The notes beneath the pieces are model-generated. The model saw only the letters and a program-made list of their open reading frames with translations, had not been told where the DNA came from and did not search any database. 64,000 nt of DNA, from positions 11,433 through 75,432 of the forward strand of contig JAHJSB010000012.1 in NCBI GenBank assembly GCA_018830285.1, in the 5' to 3' direction. Origin of the DNA: Alphaproteobacteria bacterium (lineage in GTDB: Bacteria; Pseudomonadota; Alphaproteobacteria; Caulobacterales; Hyphomonadaceae). The position numbers and the translations under genes are program-made. Of the stretch, positions 19,723-29,736 are shown piece by piece; position 1 is the first letter of the stretch, and every line of letters begins with the position of its first letter.

Positions 19723-20190
19723 TCAGCCCCGGCCGCGATAGCTCGCGACGCCTGTGTCGGGCACATGGAGCCCGGCAGGCACCTCACCGGATTGCCAGAA
19801 GACGTCGATCGGGATGCCGCCGCGCGGATACCAATAGGCTGAAATCCTCAGCCATTTCGCCTCGGTGAACGCATGTACCCGCTTGCCGATGGCAACCGAG
19901 CAATCCTCGTGGAACGCACCATGATTGCGGAAACTGGTGAGATAGAGCTTCAGGCTCTTGCTCTCCACCAGCCAGTCACCCGGCGCATAGTCGATAACGA
20001 TATGCGCAAAGTCCGGCTGTCCCGTGACGGGGCAGAGCGAGGTGAATTCGGGGGCGACGAACCGCGTGAGATAAAGCGTGCCGACATGAGGGTTGGGCAC
20101 ACGTTCGAGCTGCGCCTCTTCCGGCGTTTTCGGGGCGCTGGTCTGCTGGCCGAGTTGGCCGAGCCCCTGGTAGATGGGATTATCAGGCAT
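19723..20190 (-). CDS. queF: NADPH-dependent 7-cyano-7-deazaguanine (preQ0) reductase
   Basis: [37 protein letters not shown]. Confidence 0.97.
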   Translation of the reverse strand: MPDNPIYQGLGQLGQQTSAPKTPEEAQLERVPNPHVGTLYLTRFVAPEFTSLCPVTGQPDFAHIVIDYAPGDWLVESKSLKLYLTSFRNHGAFHEDCSVAIGKRVHAFTEAKWLRISAYWYPRGGIPIDVFWQSGEVPAGLHVPDTGVASYRGRG

Positions 20191-21202
20191 GGGGGAGGAT
20201 TCCTGGAACGGGGACAAGGTCGAACAAGAGGCCGAAATAGAGCGCATAGGCAAGCAGGAGAACTGCGCCTTCCCAGCGCGCGATGCGTTTTCCGGTCATC
20301 GCAAACAGCATGAGCAGGAAGACCGACAGGATCAGCGCGCCGATATCTTCCGACGATATGAGGCTCGCGTAATGCCCTTGCGACATCGCTTCGGCCGAGA
20401 CATCGCCCCGCACGCTGAACGGATGGACCACCGCCGTGACACCGAGGATGCCCAATATATTGAAAATATTGGAGCCGATAATATTGCCCAGCGCAACATC
20501 AGACCTCCCGCGAAAGGCCGCCACGGCCGAGGTCACGAGTTCGGGCAGGCTGGTGCCGACGGCGACGATGGTGAGGCCGATAATGGTTTCGCTGATCCCG
20601 AACTCGCGCGCGATGACGACGCCGCCATCGACCAGCAGCCGGGCGCCGAACACGACGCTTACGAGCCCGGCCGCAGTAATGACCAGCCCCAGCAACAGGC
20701 CATAGTGAGCCTCGATGATCTCACCCTCGGCCGCGTGCATTGCGGCAACATCATTGTCGCGGCGCTGGTCGGCGATGAACGAATAGGCGAGATAGGCCAG
20801 CAGCACGCCGAGGAGCGCAAATCCGACCGGACGGCTGAACAGGTCGAACCAAATCAGCGCGCAGAGCAGCGCCGTCACGGCCAGCATGATAAGCCCGTCC
20901 CTGGCCAGCGCACGCGGATTGGTCAGGATCGGACGGATCATCGCGGCGACGCCGAGCACGAGCAGTATATTGGCAATGTTCGACCCGACGACATTGCCGA
21001 CGGCGATGCCTACTGCATCCTGGTCTATGGCTCTCAGACTGGTCACGAGTTCGGGAACGGACGTGCCGAAACCGACCAGGGTGAGGCCAATCACCAATTC
21101 GGAAATATTGAGCTTGCGCGCGACGCTGACCGATCCGCGGACCAGCGCCTCCCCACCAATGAAAAGCAGGACCAAGCCGCCAAGCACCATCAAATATGTC
21201 AT
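20183..21202 (-). CDS. Calcium/sodium antiporter (YrbG/CaCA family)
   Basis: Two alpha repeats, GFGTSVPE...[10 protein letters not shown] and AVGTSLPE...[10 protein letters not shown]. Confidence 0.95.
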   Translation of the reverse strand: MTYLMVLGGLVLLFIGGEALVRGSVSVARKLNISELVIGLTLVGFGTSVPELVTSLRAIDQDAVGIAVGNVVGSNIANILLVLGVAAMIRPILTNPRALARDGLIMLAVTALLCALIWFDLFSRPVGFALLGVLLAYLAYSFIADQRRDNDVAAMHAAEGEIIEAHYGLLLGLVITAAGLVSVVFGARLLVDGGVVIAREFGISETIIGLTIVAVGTSLPELVTSAVAAFRGRSDVALGNIIGSNIFNILGILGVTAVVHPFSVRGDVSAEAMSQGHYASLISSEDIGALILSVFLLMLFAMTGKRIARWEGAVLLLAYALYFGLLFDLVPVPGILPHA

Positions 21203-21462
21203 TCATTGCCCCGAAAACTGCCAATCAGACGAGCATACGGTGTGTGCAGGCTGGCTGGCAAACGGAGACTACGGTGCCTGCTGCAACCGGGAAAATGCCC
21301 CGAGACCCCATGTATTTGCAAGAAAACTTGACGTAAACGTGTAGTGTTCGGGGCGAAAACTGCAATCGGCGGGCTTATCTAGACGCCAGACAGGCCTGTT
21401 CAGCCTTCATTTAGGAAAACTGGCGCAATCCTCGCATTGAAATCTGGATGGTAAATACTTCG

Positions 21463-23289
21463 ATGTCACAACGGCTTGCCCGCTTCACCACAGCAGCCGG
21501 GGCCGCACTCACGCACCCGGCCACGGGCGTATGCCTGCTGGGGGCCGTGACGGCTTGTGCCGGCTTTCCCGGAAGTGGCAATGACGCGATATCCACAGGG
21601 CGTCAGGTGCCCGTCGAATTGTCAGGCGTCCCTGCGGATCTGGACGCCAAGGCAAAGGCTGTCCTCGAGAGCGATGATACGCCTGCCCGCAGTGTGCTGG
21701 AGGCGCGGCGCAAGGCCAGTTCGTCCGCAGATACGCTGGAAGAATTCCTGGCGTCGGAGGGCTATCTCGCGGCCGACGTGTCACCTGAACTGATCGAATC
21801 GGTCGAGAAGAAACCGCGCCTGGATGTCTACCCCGGCGAAATGTTCAAGGTGGCCTCCGTCGCCCTGGCGCTGGACACAGACGTAAGCGACAAGCTGCAG
21901 GCGGCGCTCGAGGAAGACCGCAAGTCCCTTGCCATAGGCGCACCGGCGCGGACACCCGACATCGAATCGCTGGAAGTAAAATTTCTCGGAACACTTCGCC
22001 AGGGTGGCCATGCGTTCGCCGAAAGCCGCGGGATCGACGTGCTGGCCTCGCGCAAGGACAGGAATGTTGAACTGACTTACGCGCTGGCACCCGGGCCGTT
22101 CGTTCGACTTGGCGACATGGTCGTGCTGGAATCGGGCGCGCGCAAGGTCGAAACAATCTGCGCCCTTCGGACATGGACACCAGGAGACGCCTACACTCCT
22201 GACAAGATCGACCAGTTGCGATTGCGCTTGCGCAGCAGCGGCCTGTTCGACGGCATAGGCGTAGAAGTCTCAAGCACGCCAGACGAAAATGGATATTATC
22301 CGGTCCAACTCGCGCTTTCAGACGCCAAACGTCGATCCGTCGGCGCTGGCGTTACCGCCTCGACTACTGATGGGGTCGGCGCAGACGCATACTGGGAACG
22401 CAGAAATGTCACAGGCCACGGTGACACGTTCCGTGTGCAGGGCGAAGTGGCGACCGTCGCGCGCGACCTGACCGCAAAATATACGAGGCCGAACATCGGC
22501 CGCTACGGTCGCACGCTCACGGCCGAAGCCGGCATTCGCGCCGAAGAGACCGACGCCTACGACTTGCAGGGCATCAAGGTGGGCGCAGCGCTCTCGCAAC
22601 CGTTCAACAAGAACTTCACCCTGTCTGCCGGCGCGTCGGTCGATGCCACGCGAACGAAGGAGCGACGGCTCAGAGCCTTGTTGGACCCGCGCGAACTCTA
22701 CACGCTTTCATTTCCGCTTGCCGCAACCTATTCGACGGTCAAGCAACCGCTCGACCCGCAATCGGGCCAGCGCGCCTTTCTCGGTGTCGAACCCGGCATG
22801 TCGGTGGGCGACTCGACGGCGGGCTACACGCGCATGCTTTTGACCGGCTCCACTTACCACAAGATTGCGGATGGGCCGTTCGTCGCCGCCGTGCGTGGTG
22901 AATTCGGCGCCTTTCTTGGTTCCAACGCCGTTCCGATAGACCGCCTGTTCTTCGCGGGCGGTGGTGGGTCGGTGCGCGGCTTCGAATACCAGAGCCTGTC
23001 GCCGCGCGACGCCACAGGCGCCCTGATTGGCGGTCGAAGTCTTTTCGACGTTTCGGCTGAACTACGCTGGCGGCGCAGTGACAAGCTTGGCTATGTGCTG
23101 TTCGTTGACAGCGGCGCGGCGGCCGACAGCGCCGACGAAGTCTTCAACGACATGCGCACTGCCATTGGCTTTGGTTTCCGGTATTATCCGGGTTTCGGTC
23201 CGATCCGCATTGATATTGCGACTCCGGTCGACAGGCGCGACGGGGAAGACCCGGTCCAGTTTTACGTGTCGATCGGGCAGTCATTCTGA
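21463..23289 (+). CDS. tamA: Autotransporter assembly outer-membrane protein (Omp85 family)
   Basis: POTRA-like N-terminal half, GGGGSVRGFEYQSL, C-terminal beta signal FYVSIGQSF; TGATG-coupled to tamB. Start is 21448 or 21463. Confidence 0.88.
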   Translation: MSQRLARFTTAAGAALTHPATGVCLLGAVTACAGFPGSGNDAISTGRQVPVELSGVPADLDAKAKAVLESDDTPARSVLEARRKASSSADTLEEFLASEGYLAADVSPELIESVEKKPRLDVYPGEMFKVASVALALDTDVSDKLQAALEEDRKSLAIGAPARTPDIESLEVKFLGTLRQGGHAFAESRGIDVLASRKDRNVELTYALAPGPFVRLGDMVVLESGARKVETICALRTWTPGDAYTPDKIDQLRLRLRSSGLFDGIGVEVSSTPDENGYYPVQLALSDAKRRSVGAGVTASTTDGVGADAYWERRNVTGHGDTFRVQGEVATVARDLTAKYTRPNIGRYGRTLTAEAGIRAEETDAYDLQGIKVGAALSQPFNKNFTLSAGASVDATRTKERRLRALLDPRELYTLSFPLAATYSTVKQPLDPQSGQRAFLGVEPGMSVGDSTAGYTRMLLTGSTYHKIADGPFVAAVRGEFGAFLGSNAVPIDRLFFAGGGGSVRGFEYQSLSPRDATGALIGGRSLFDVSAELRWRRSDKLGYVLFVDSGAAADSADEVFNDMRTAIGFGFRYYPGFGPIRIDIATPVDRRDGEDPVQFYVSIGQSF

Positions 23290-26200
23290 TGGCCTTCTTC
23301 CAACCATCCGTCAATTTCATCCGCCGTCGGCCTTTTTCGTCGGCAGGTGCGGGGATTATCGTCTTCCTGCTCATGGCCGTCATGGGCGTGCGCCTCTGGA
23401 TCAACAGTGATGGCGGCCGCGCCTTTGTCCTGTCGCAAATCAACGGTCGGACAGTCGGCAGCCTGGGAACAATAACGGCATCCGGCCTGACGGGCGACCC
23501 GCTAAAGCGCATGCATATCGACAGGCTATCGATCGCCGATACCGAGGGCACATGGCTTGACAGCAGCGACCTCCGCCTGAAATGGACACCGCGCGCGCTC
23601 CTGTCGCGCAAAGTGGAACTCAATCTTGCCAGTGCTGGCGAAATAGCAATCCTGCGTCGCCCTGAGACAACGCCAAGCGAAGCGTCCGGCGGAAGCAACT
23701 GGAGTGTCGCGCTCGACGACCTGAACATTGGCAAGCTCTCGCTCGCTGAAGGTGTCGCTGGGCCAGCTGCCGCATTCAGCGTGACGGGCGCGTTTTCCAG
23801 CGGGCGCGACGCAATCGTCAAAGCCAAGCTGGACATTGCACCGCTGGAAGGCCTTGGCGACCGATTCAGGATCAATGCCCAGCGGGACGCGGCCGGCCAG
23901 TTCAACCTGGATGCCGAGGGCGAGGCCCCCGCCGGCGGCACGTTCGCGACACTGTTGAAACTCGCAGAAGGGCAGAGCGCCAACCTGAATGCCTCGGTCG
24001 ACGGCACGCTGGACGAAGGCGATGGCTATTTCCTGCTAAAGGTCTCAGGCGAGGATGCGGCGTCGATGACTGCAAAGATCGTCGCTGGACGGCTGACCGC
24101 GAACGCTGATCTCGATGCCACCGCCCTGCCCTTCCCAGGCACGTTGCAGCAATTGCTCGGCGCAAACGCGCGTTTTGTCCTGGGTGCCGACATCGAAAAG
24201 CACCTGGCGGCGTTCGATCTGTCCGCGAGCATGGCGTCGGGTACGCTGGCGGCCAAAGGTGAGGCGAACATTGACACGAAGTCACTGGATGGTCCCGCCG
24301 CAATCAAGCTGGATTTCACGGGTCTCTCCGACCTGACCGGGATGGCAGCCGACCTCTCGCTCGACGGAATAATCGAGATAAACGACGATGTGCCAACCTA
24401 CGCAGGCGCCGCGACCCTCACCGCGCATGACGGGGCCGACCTCTCCTTCACCAGGCTATCGGGGCCCGTTACGGTCTCGCTGAAGCCTCAGCAGATACCG
24501 TTCAAAGCCGATCTCATCGGTGAAGGCGTCCTGTCGGACAATCAAAGCCTTTCCGGCTGGATCGGACGTCAACCGCATCTGGTGGCGAGTGGTGTGTACG
24601 CGCGCGATACTGGAATCGTTACCCTTGCTCCCTCCGTGCTTGATCTGCCCGAGGGCAAAGTTTCGGCCTCCGGCACATTGAGCCCGAAGGCGCGCACGCT
24701 GGATTTGCGTGGCACGATAGACCAAGCCCTTCACAGCTTGCCGGGCGGGTTCGGCGGACGGACGTCTGGAACATTTCGCGCGCACGGTACGCTTAACAAG
24801 CTGCAGATTGAGACGATCCTGGCAGGTGCCGGGTTTTCGGGACTGCCGGACACGATACAGCCCCTGATCGGTGTAGCGCCGACAGTAAATGCGTCCCTCG
24901 CTATTGATGGTAAAACGATCAGCATCACGAAAATGAAACTGGTGGGCGCCGGCGTTCAGTTCGAAGGCGGAGGCCTGTACCGCATTGGCGATGCCAGCAC
25001 GTTGCGCTTCGACTTTATGCAAACCGAACCGCTCGACATCAGCGGGAACAGGTTTGACCTCCACGCTGGTACGGTCAGTCTTTCGGGGGCCGCCAGCGCG
25101 CTCGAGATAGGTGTCGCGTCAACAGGTGGCGTTTTTGAAATCGCCTCTCGACGCGTCGAACAAGTCGCCGCGACGACCACGCTCGGCATTAGCGGCGGCC
25201 GTGTATCAGGACCGCTGGCCGTGATCGGTAAAGTGGCGGGCGAAACGCTGGACCTGTCAGCTGATCTCGTGCGCGCCGATGAAGGCACCCTGATCGAAAA
25301 CCTGAAGGGCACATATGGCCCGCTTGGAATTACAGGCCGAGCCGAACTCAGTCCGGCCGGCGATCTTGTCGTTCTGGTGAATGCCGAAGGCGACGGCCTG
25401 AAGACCGAAGCCATACAAATCGCCAGCCTTCGCGCCACTGTCAGCATCGTGAAAGAAGGCCAGGACCCAATGTCGATCGTGGCCCATGCTGATGGTAGCG
25501 GCGCGAAACTGCCATCGGCCTTCCAACTCGATAGCTTCACGGCAGACATCAAGAACAACAAGGACGGCTACGATTTCAAGGCCAACCTGAAGAGCGTCCA
25601 TCCCTCCCGCCCGTTCGATTTTGCGGTTTCGGGACAAGCCGACCTGTCGGGCGCATCGCCCAATGGCACGTTCAACGTGTCGGGGTCCGCTCTTGGCAAG
25701 CCGCTCAGCACACGGGAGCCTGCTTACTGGAGTCTCGGCGAGACGCCCGAACTGAACGGTCGGCTTTCGATTCTCGGTGGCGAGGTGAAGGCCGAGCTTT
25801 CCGGCACGGGTGAAGCGGCGCTGCTGGTTGTCGATATCCAAGCCGTCGACTTCGGCGCCCTGTTCGCCATTGCCAATCTCGGTGAGGTCGATGCGCGCCT
25901 CAACGGCCACGGCGAGTTTCGGCCTGTCGGCCTTTCACCGTCCGGGTCCTTTGCCTTCTCGGCCACCAGCCCGATTCCCGATCTCGACACGTCGCTTTCG
26001 CTTGACCTGACCGGCCGTCTTGATGCCAGCACACTGAAGGTCAATGCGAGGAGCAATTACGGCAAGGACCTGGTCCTCGTTGCAGACCTCGCGTTGCCCA
26101 TCAAGCCGTCTGCCGAATCCCTCGCCCGTCTGGACCGAACGCAATCGATGACCGGACGCGCCACTCTGAACGGCGACTTGGGTGCTTTACATACGGCTGC

Positions 26201-27395
26201 ACTAGCCTATGGCCACGACATTGGCGGTCGGATCGATGCGCGGGCGACTGTGTCAGGATCGCTTTCCGAGCCCGTCTATGAAGCGAATGCGGATGTCATC
26301 GGTGGGATTTACGAATTCGGTACGACGGGACTCAAACTGACCGACGTCGCCCTGAAGGCCGGCCTTGCCGACAAGAAAATATCCCTCACCGGATCCGGCC
26401 AGAGCGCTGGAAGCGGATCAGTGGCACTGGACGGCACGCTCGGACAGGATGCCGGGCAGCTAAATGCCAAGCTGACGCGCCTGCTTGTCTACGAACGCGA
26501 CGGGGATATGGCGCGCCTTAGCGGCAATGTGACATTCTCCGAAGATCACAGCGGACGCCTCGTCTCAGGTACGTTGACTGTCGACGAAGCGCGCGTATCG
26601 CTCGACAATCTTCCGTCATCGGGCCCGAAGGCCATTGATGTCCGCTGGAGTGACGGCGATGAACCGACCAACATGCCGAGCAAGCTGCGTCAATCCCTGA
26701 ACCTCGATATCGACATCGACGCGGCGCGGCGCGTGTTCGTCACCGGACGGGGACTCGACAGCGAGTGGGCCCTTGATCTCACGGCGACGGGGACCGTATC
26801 GGACGCAAACCTGTCGGGCCAGGCAACCATGGTGCGCGGCGACCTCGATCTTGCCGGACGTCCCTTCGTCTTCGATACTGGAAAGATAACCTTTGACGGC
26901 CCGATCGACACCGCTCGGATCGCCGTTGACGCCGCCCGGTCGGTCAACGGGTTCGTGGTACGCGTCCAGGTTTCAGGCAAACCGACCAATCCTGTGTTCG
27001 AATTGTCGAGCACGCCCGACCTGCCTCAGGATGAGATCCTGTCCCGACTGCTGTTCGGTCGCTCGTCGATCGACCTGTCCCCCGTCGAAGCCGCGCAACT
27101 CGCCTCTTCAATAGCCCGCCTCAGCGGTCGCAGAGTCGGATTCGACCCGGCAGCCGAACTGCAGGCGGTTCTGGGTGTCGACCGCCTGTCGATCAGATCG
27201 AACGACGCCGGAAATGCGGAGCTTGGTGTGGGGCAGTACCTGGCTGATGATGTCTACCTACAACTGAATGCTGCCGGAGCAGACGGCAGTTCTGTCAAGG
27301 TCGAATGGGAACCCGCAGACCAAATCTCCGTGACGTCGGAAACCACGTCGACCGGCGAGAACAAGCTCTCCATAAGGTGGAAAAAAGACTACTAG
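23289..27395 (+). CDS. tamB: Translocation/assembly module TamB domain protein
   Basis: 1368 aa; N-terminal anchor, Gly-rich beta repeats, C-terminal VTGRGLDSEW...LPQDEILSRLLFG...GQYL...SIRWKKDY. Confidence 0.9.
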   Translation: MAFFQPSVNFIRRRPFSSAGAGIIVFLLMAVMGVRLWINSDGGRAFVLSQINGRTVGSLGTITASGLTGDPLKRMHIDRLSIADTEGTWLDSSDLRLKWTPRALLSRKVELNLASAGEIAILRRPETTPSEASGGSNWSVALDDLNIGKLSLAEGVAGPAAAFSVTGAFSSGRDAIVKAKLDIAPLEGLGDRFRINAQRDAAGQFNLDAEGEAPAGGTFATLLKLAEGQSANLNASVDGTLDEGDGYFLLKVSGEDAASMTAKIVAGRLTANADLDATALPFPGTLQQLLGANARFVLGADIEKHLAAFDLSASMASGTLAAKGEANIDTKSLDGPAAIKLDFTGLSDLTGMAADLSLDGIIEINDDVPTYAGAATLTAHDGADLSFTRLSGPVTVSLKPQQIPFKADLIGEGVLSDNQSLSGWIGRQPHLVASGVYARDTGIVTLAPSVLDLPEGKVSASGTLSPKARTLDLRGTIDQALHSLPGGFGGRTSGTFRAHGTLNKLQIETILAGAGFSGLPDTIQPLIGVAPTVNASLAIDGKTISITKMKLVGAGVQFEGGGLYRIGDASTLRFDFMQTEPLDISGNRFDLHAGTVSLSGAASALEIGVASTGGVFEIASRRVEQVAATTTLGISGGRVSGPLAVIGKVAGETLDLSADLVRADEGTLIENLKGTYGPLGITGRAELSPAGDLVVLVNAEGDGLKTEAIQIASLRATVSIVKEGQDPMSIVAHADGSGAKLPSAFQLDSFTADIKNNKDGYDFKANLKSVHPSRPFDFAVSGQADLSGASPNGTFNVSGSALGKPLSTREPAYWSLGETPELNGRLSILGGEVKAELSGTGEAALLVVDIQAVDFGALFAIANLGEVDARLNGHGEFRPVGLSPSGSFAFSATSPIPDLDTSLSLDLTGRLDASTLKVNARSNYGKDLVLVADLALPIKPSAESLARLDRTQSMTGRATLNGDLGALHTAALAYGHDIGGRIDARATVSGSLSEPVYEANADVIGGIYEFGTTGLKLTDVALKAGLADKKISLTGSGQSAGSGSVALDGTLGQDAGQLNAKLTRLLVYERDGDMARLSGNVTFSEDHSGRLVSGTLTVDEARVSLDNLPSSGPKAIDVRWSDGDEPTNMPSKLRQSLNLDIDIDAARRVFVTGRGLDSEWALDLTATGTVSDANLSGQATMVRGDLDLAGRPFVFDTGKITFDGPIDTARIAVDAARSVNGFVVRVQVSGKPTNPVFELSSTPDLPQDEILSRLLFGRSSIDLSPVEAAQLASSIARLSGRRVGFDPAAELQAVLGVDRLSIRSNDAGNAELGVGQYLADDVYLQLNAAGADGSSVKVEWEPADQISVTSETTSTGENKLSIRWKKDY

Positions 27396-27587
27396 CCCGG
27401 GGATTGCGATATTATTCGGATTTGAAACCAAAGGTGTATAAATAGCCTTCATTTTCATTCCAAGGTGGCAACCTGTCCATTGTATGCGCTACGGATGCCC
27501 TTCGTGTTTCATATTTTTGCTAGCCGTCATACTTGCCTAAACACCCAGTGCGCGAAAATTATGAGGCACTATAGAAGGGTATTTGAC

Positions 27588-27968
27588 GTGCAGCACAAAC
27601 CAAGACAATCCAGTTCCCGAGCTCCTACACGCGTTGACCAACTGGTTGGCGGCAAGATTCGCGCCCTCCGAATAGCGCAGAATCGCACGCTCGCAGAACT
27701 CGGCAGCGAACTCGGAATCAGTCACCAGCAGTTGCAAAAATACGAGACGGGGACAAACCGCCTCAGCGCTGGCATGCTGTCCATTGTCGCCGAAGCCCTG
27801 CGCGTGCCAATTGCCGATCTATTCGAGGATGACAGCGACGCGGACAGCGTTTCACAGGATCCGTCGATGAAGGTCCGCACCGAATGCCACGACTGGATTG
27901 ACCGCACCAAGTCCACCGAAAAGCTCGAGACCATGGCCCGCGTTCTGAAGGCCCTATCCAGCGGCTGA
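27588..27968 (+). CDS. XRE-family helix-turn-helix transcriptional regulator
   Basis: VDQLVGGKIRALR...LGISHQQLQKYETGTNRLSAG; GTG start after AAGGG (alternative ATG at 27561). Confidence 0.9.
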   Translation: MQHKPRQSSSRAPTRVDQLVGGKIRALRIAQNRTLAELGSELGISHQQLQKYETGTNRLSAGMLSIVAEALRVPIADLFEDDSDADSVSQDPSMKVRTECHDWIDRTKSTEKLETMARVLKALSSG

Positions 27969-28940
27969 CGGCCCTGGCCGCGTGAACGGCTTTAGCGCCT
28001 CTATGCGATTGCTGGCCCTGTTGGGGTGTACGAATTCATCTGCGAACCAGAAGGCATCGCTGGCCTCGAAAATGCTTCTCAACCAGTCGAGAACGATCCT
28101 GCCCTGCGGCAGGCGCCATACGCGTTCCGTGTAAGTGAGCCAGAACTCGATCGGCGCGACTTCCGGCAGCTCAAGCGGGACGAGTGTCGGCGCCACCGTG
28201 CCGATATAGGATGGCAAGAGGGCGATTCCCCCACCGTTCCTGCAGACTTCAATCATCGAACTCGCCGAATTGGTGACGAACGCGAAATTGATCATCTTCT
28301 TGAGCTCCGACATTTTCGGCGCCCATCGTTCAATCTGCATCACATAGGCCTGATGCAGGATGCACTGGTGCCGAAAATATTCGAACATGCTGTTCGGTGC
28401 GCCATGTTCCTCAATGTATTCGGCGGAGGCGAAACTGATATAATGCAGCGTTCCTAATCGACGTGAAATGAGATCGTGGTTCTTCGGTTCGGTGAATTGT
28501 ATGCCGATGTCGGCCTCTCCGGCCCCAATGTCCGGCGTGTGCTCAAGCACGCTCATCTTGATCTGAATACGCGGATTGGCTTGCTGGAAGTCCGGAAGAC
28601 GGGGCGCGATCCAGTAGGGGCCAAGCCCGTCGCCTGTCGCGAGCGTGATCACGCCTTCAGCGGGCTGGCTCCTGTCGGAGGCTTGCTGATCAATGAGATT
28701 TGCTGCGTCGGCCATGACGTGGGCATGCCGCAACACCACCTTGCCGACCTCCGTCAGTTCGACACCGCGCGTCGAACGCACGAACAATTGCGTATTGAGG
28801 GCTTTTTCCAGGTCATCAATCTTCCGGCCAATTGTTGGTGGCGACTCGCCAAGGCGTGCCGAAGCGGCACTCATGCTGCCGAGTTCGGCGACAATCCTGA
28901 AGACCCGCAGATTGTCCCAATCAATGCGCTCTGACGACAT
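27954..28940 (-). CDS. LysR-family transcriptional regulator
   Basis: DWDNLRVFRIVAELGSMSAAS...RKIDDLEKALNTQLFVRSTRGVELT; its 3' end overlaps the XRE gene by 15 bp. Confidence 0.95.
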   Translation of the reverse strand: MSSERIDWDNLRVFRIVAELGSMSAASARLGESPPTIGRKIDDLEKALNTQLFVRSTRGVELTEVGKVVLRHAHVMADAANLIDQQASDRSQPAEGVITLATGDGLGPYWIAPRLPDFQQANPRIQIKMSVLEHTPDIGAGEADIGIQFTEPKNHDLISRRLGTLHYISFASAEYIEEHGAPNSMFEYFRHQCILHQAYVMQIERWAPKMSELKKMINFAFVTNSASSMIEVCRNGGGIALLPSYIGTVAPTLVPLELPEVAPIEFWLTYTERVWRLPQGRIVLDWLRSIFEASDAFWFADEFVHPNRASNRIEALKPFTRPGPSAAG

Positions 28941-29067
28941 CGCTACTTCCCTGAACTTCAGCAGAAGACCAGAACTTCTACTCGGGGACATATATAGTGA
29001 CTGCACAATAGCGTCATCACACCAATTAGGCGAGTATTCGTGAGTTTGCCCGCCTCGATTTATTGCT

Positions 29068-29511
29068 TCATGCGGCGCGGCGTAGCGTGATAAATCCTGG
29101 CTCGACTATGACGGATTCGCACGTAATCTTGAGGACCCAGTCCCGAATACTTCCGGGCCCACCTAGACAAAGCCTGTGCTCGCGCCTGACAATCGGCAAC
29201 GGTCGTGCCGATACAGCCCCGAGGCGGCAAAATCCTCGCATGCACTGCGTTTCGCACCAGTTCCAGCGATCTTCCACCGTGGCGCATTTGAAGCCGTCAT
29301 GATCGAGCGGCTTACGCAGGATGAAGAGATCCCTGCCATCGACGATCAGGTGGGACACGGCAGTATCGAAATAGGTCGGCGCGCGACCGCCAAATGTCTC
29401 GGGGTCCGTCAACAGGCGAACGGCATCGACCTGTGCGCCCGCAATCACGCCCTTTGGCAACGGATTACGAGACATCGTCGCCAAGCGCGTGGGAATTTCC
29501 GGATAGAACAT
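29068..29511 (-). CDS. Hypothetical protein resembling the N-lobe of APH-like/AAA bifunctional kinases
   Basis: GGAG RBS. LLTDPETFGG...DTAVSHLIV...LRKPL...TVEDRWNWCE matches the recalled DP-TYGG...DTHISHVFL...KLKRAV...TLEKR---CE pattern. Confidence 0.5.
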   Translation of the reverse strand: MFYPEIPTRLATMSRNPLPKGVIAGAQVDAVRLLTDPETFGGRAPTYFDTAVSHLIVDGRDLFILRKPLDHDGFKCATVEDRWNWCETQCMRGFCRLGAVSARPLPIVRREHRLCLGGPGSIRDWVLKITCESVIVEPGFITLRRAA

Positions 29512-29736
29512 CGGTCGGCTCCAATCACAACCCGATCAGGTGCCCCCACCATCCCAATGCGTGAGAATAAGCCTGCGCTTGCGGCCTCGCCAGTTACGAA
29601 TCGGCCATTTGACTTTTGTTTACGATGGGCGGCGCGGCGTCGATGCCCGGCATTGCGGATCGCACCCAGTGCAGGTCGATCCGGCCGGGAGACTCAAACG
29701 CCCTGCCCTTTGATGACAGAATCTGGGGTCAATGCC

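Noticed and set aside
21203-21447. yybP-ykoY (Mn2+) or fluoride riboswitch upstream of the cation antiporter
   Set aside because: The CATAC and GAGACC elements are on the wrong strand and the 5' GGGGAGTAG is absent; no fluoride-riboswitch core is seen.
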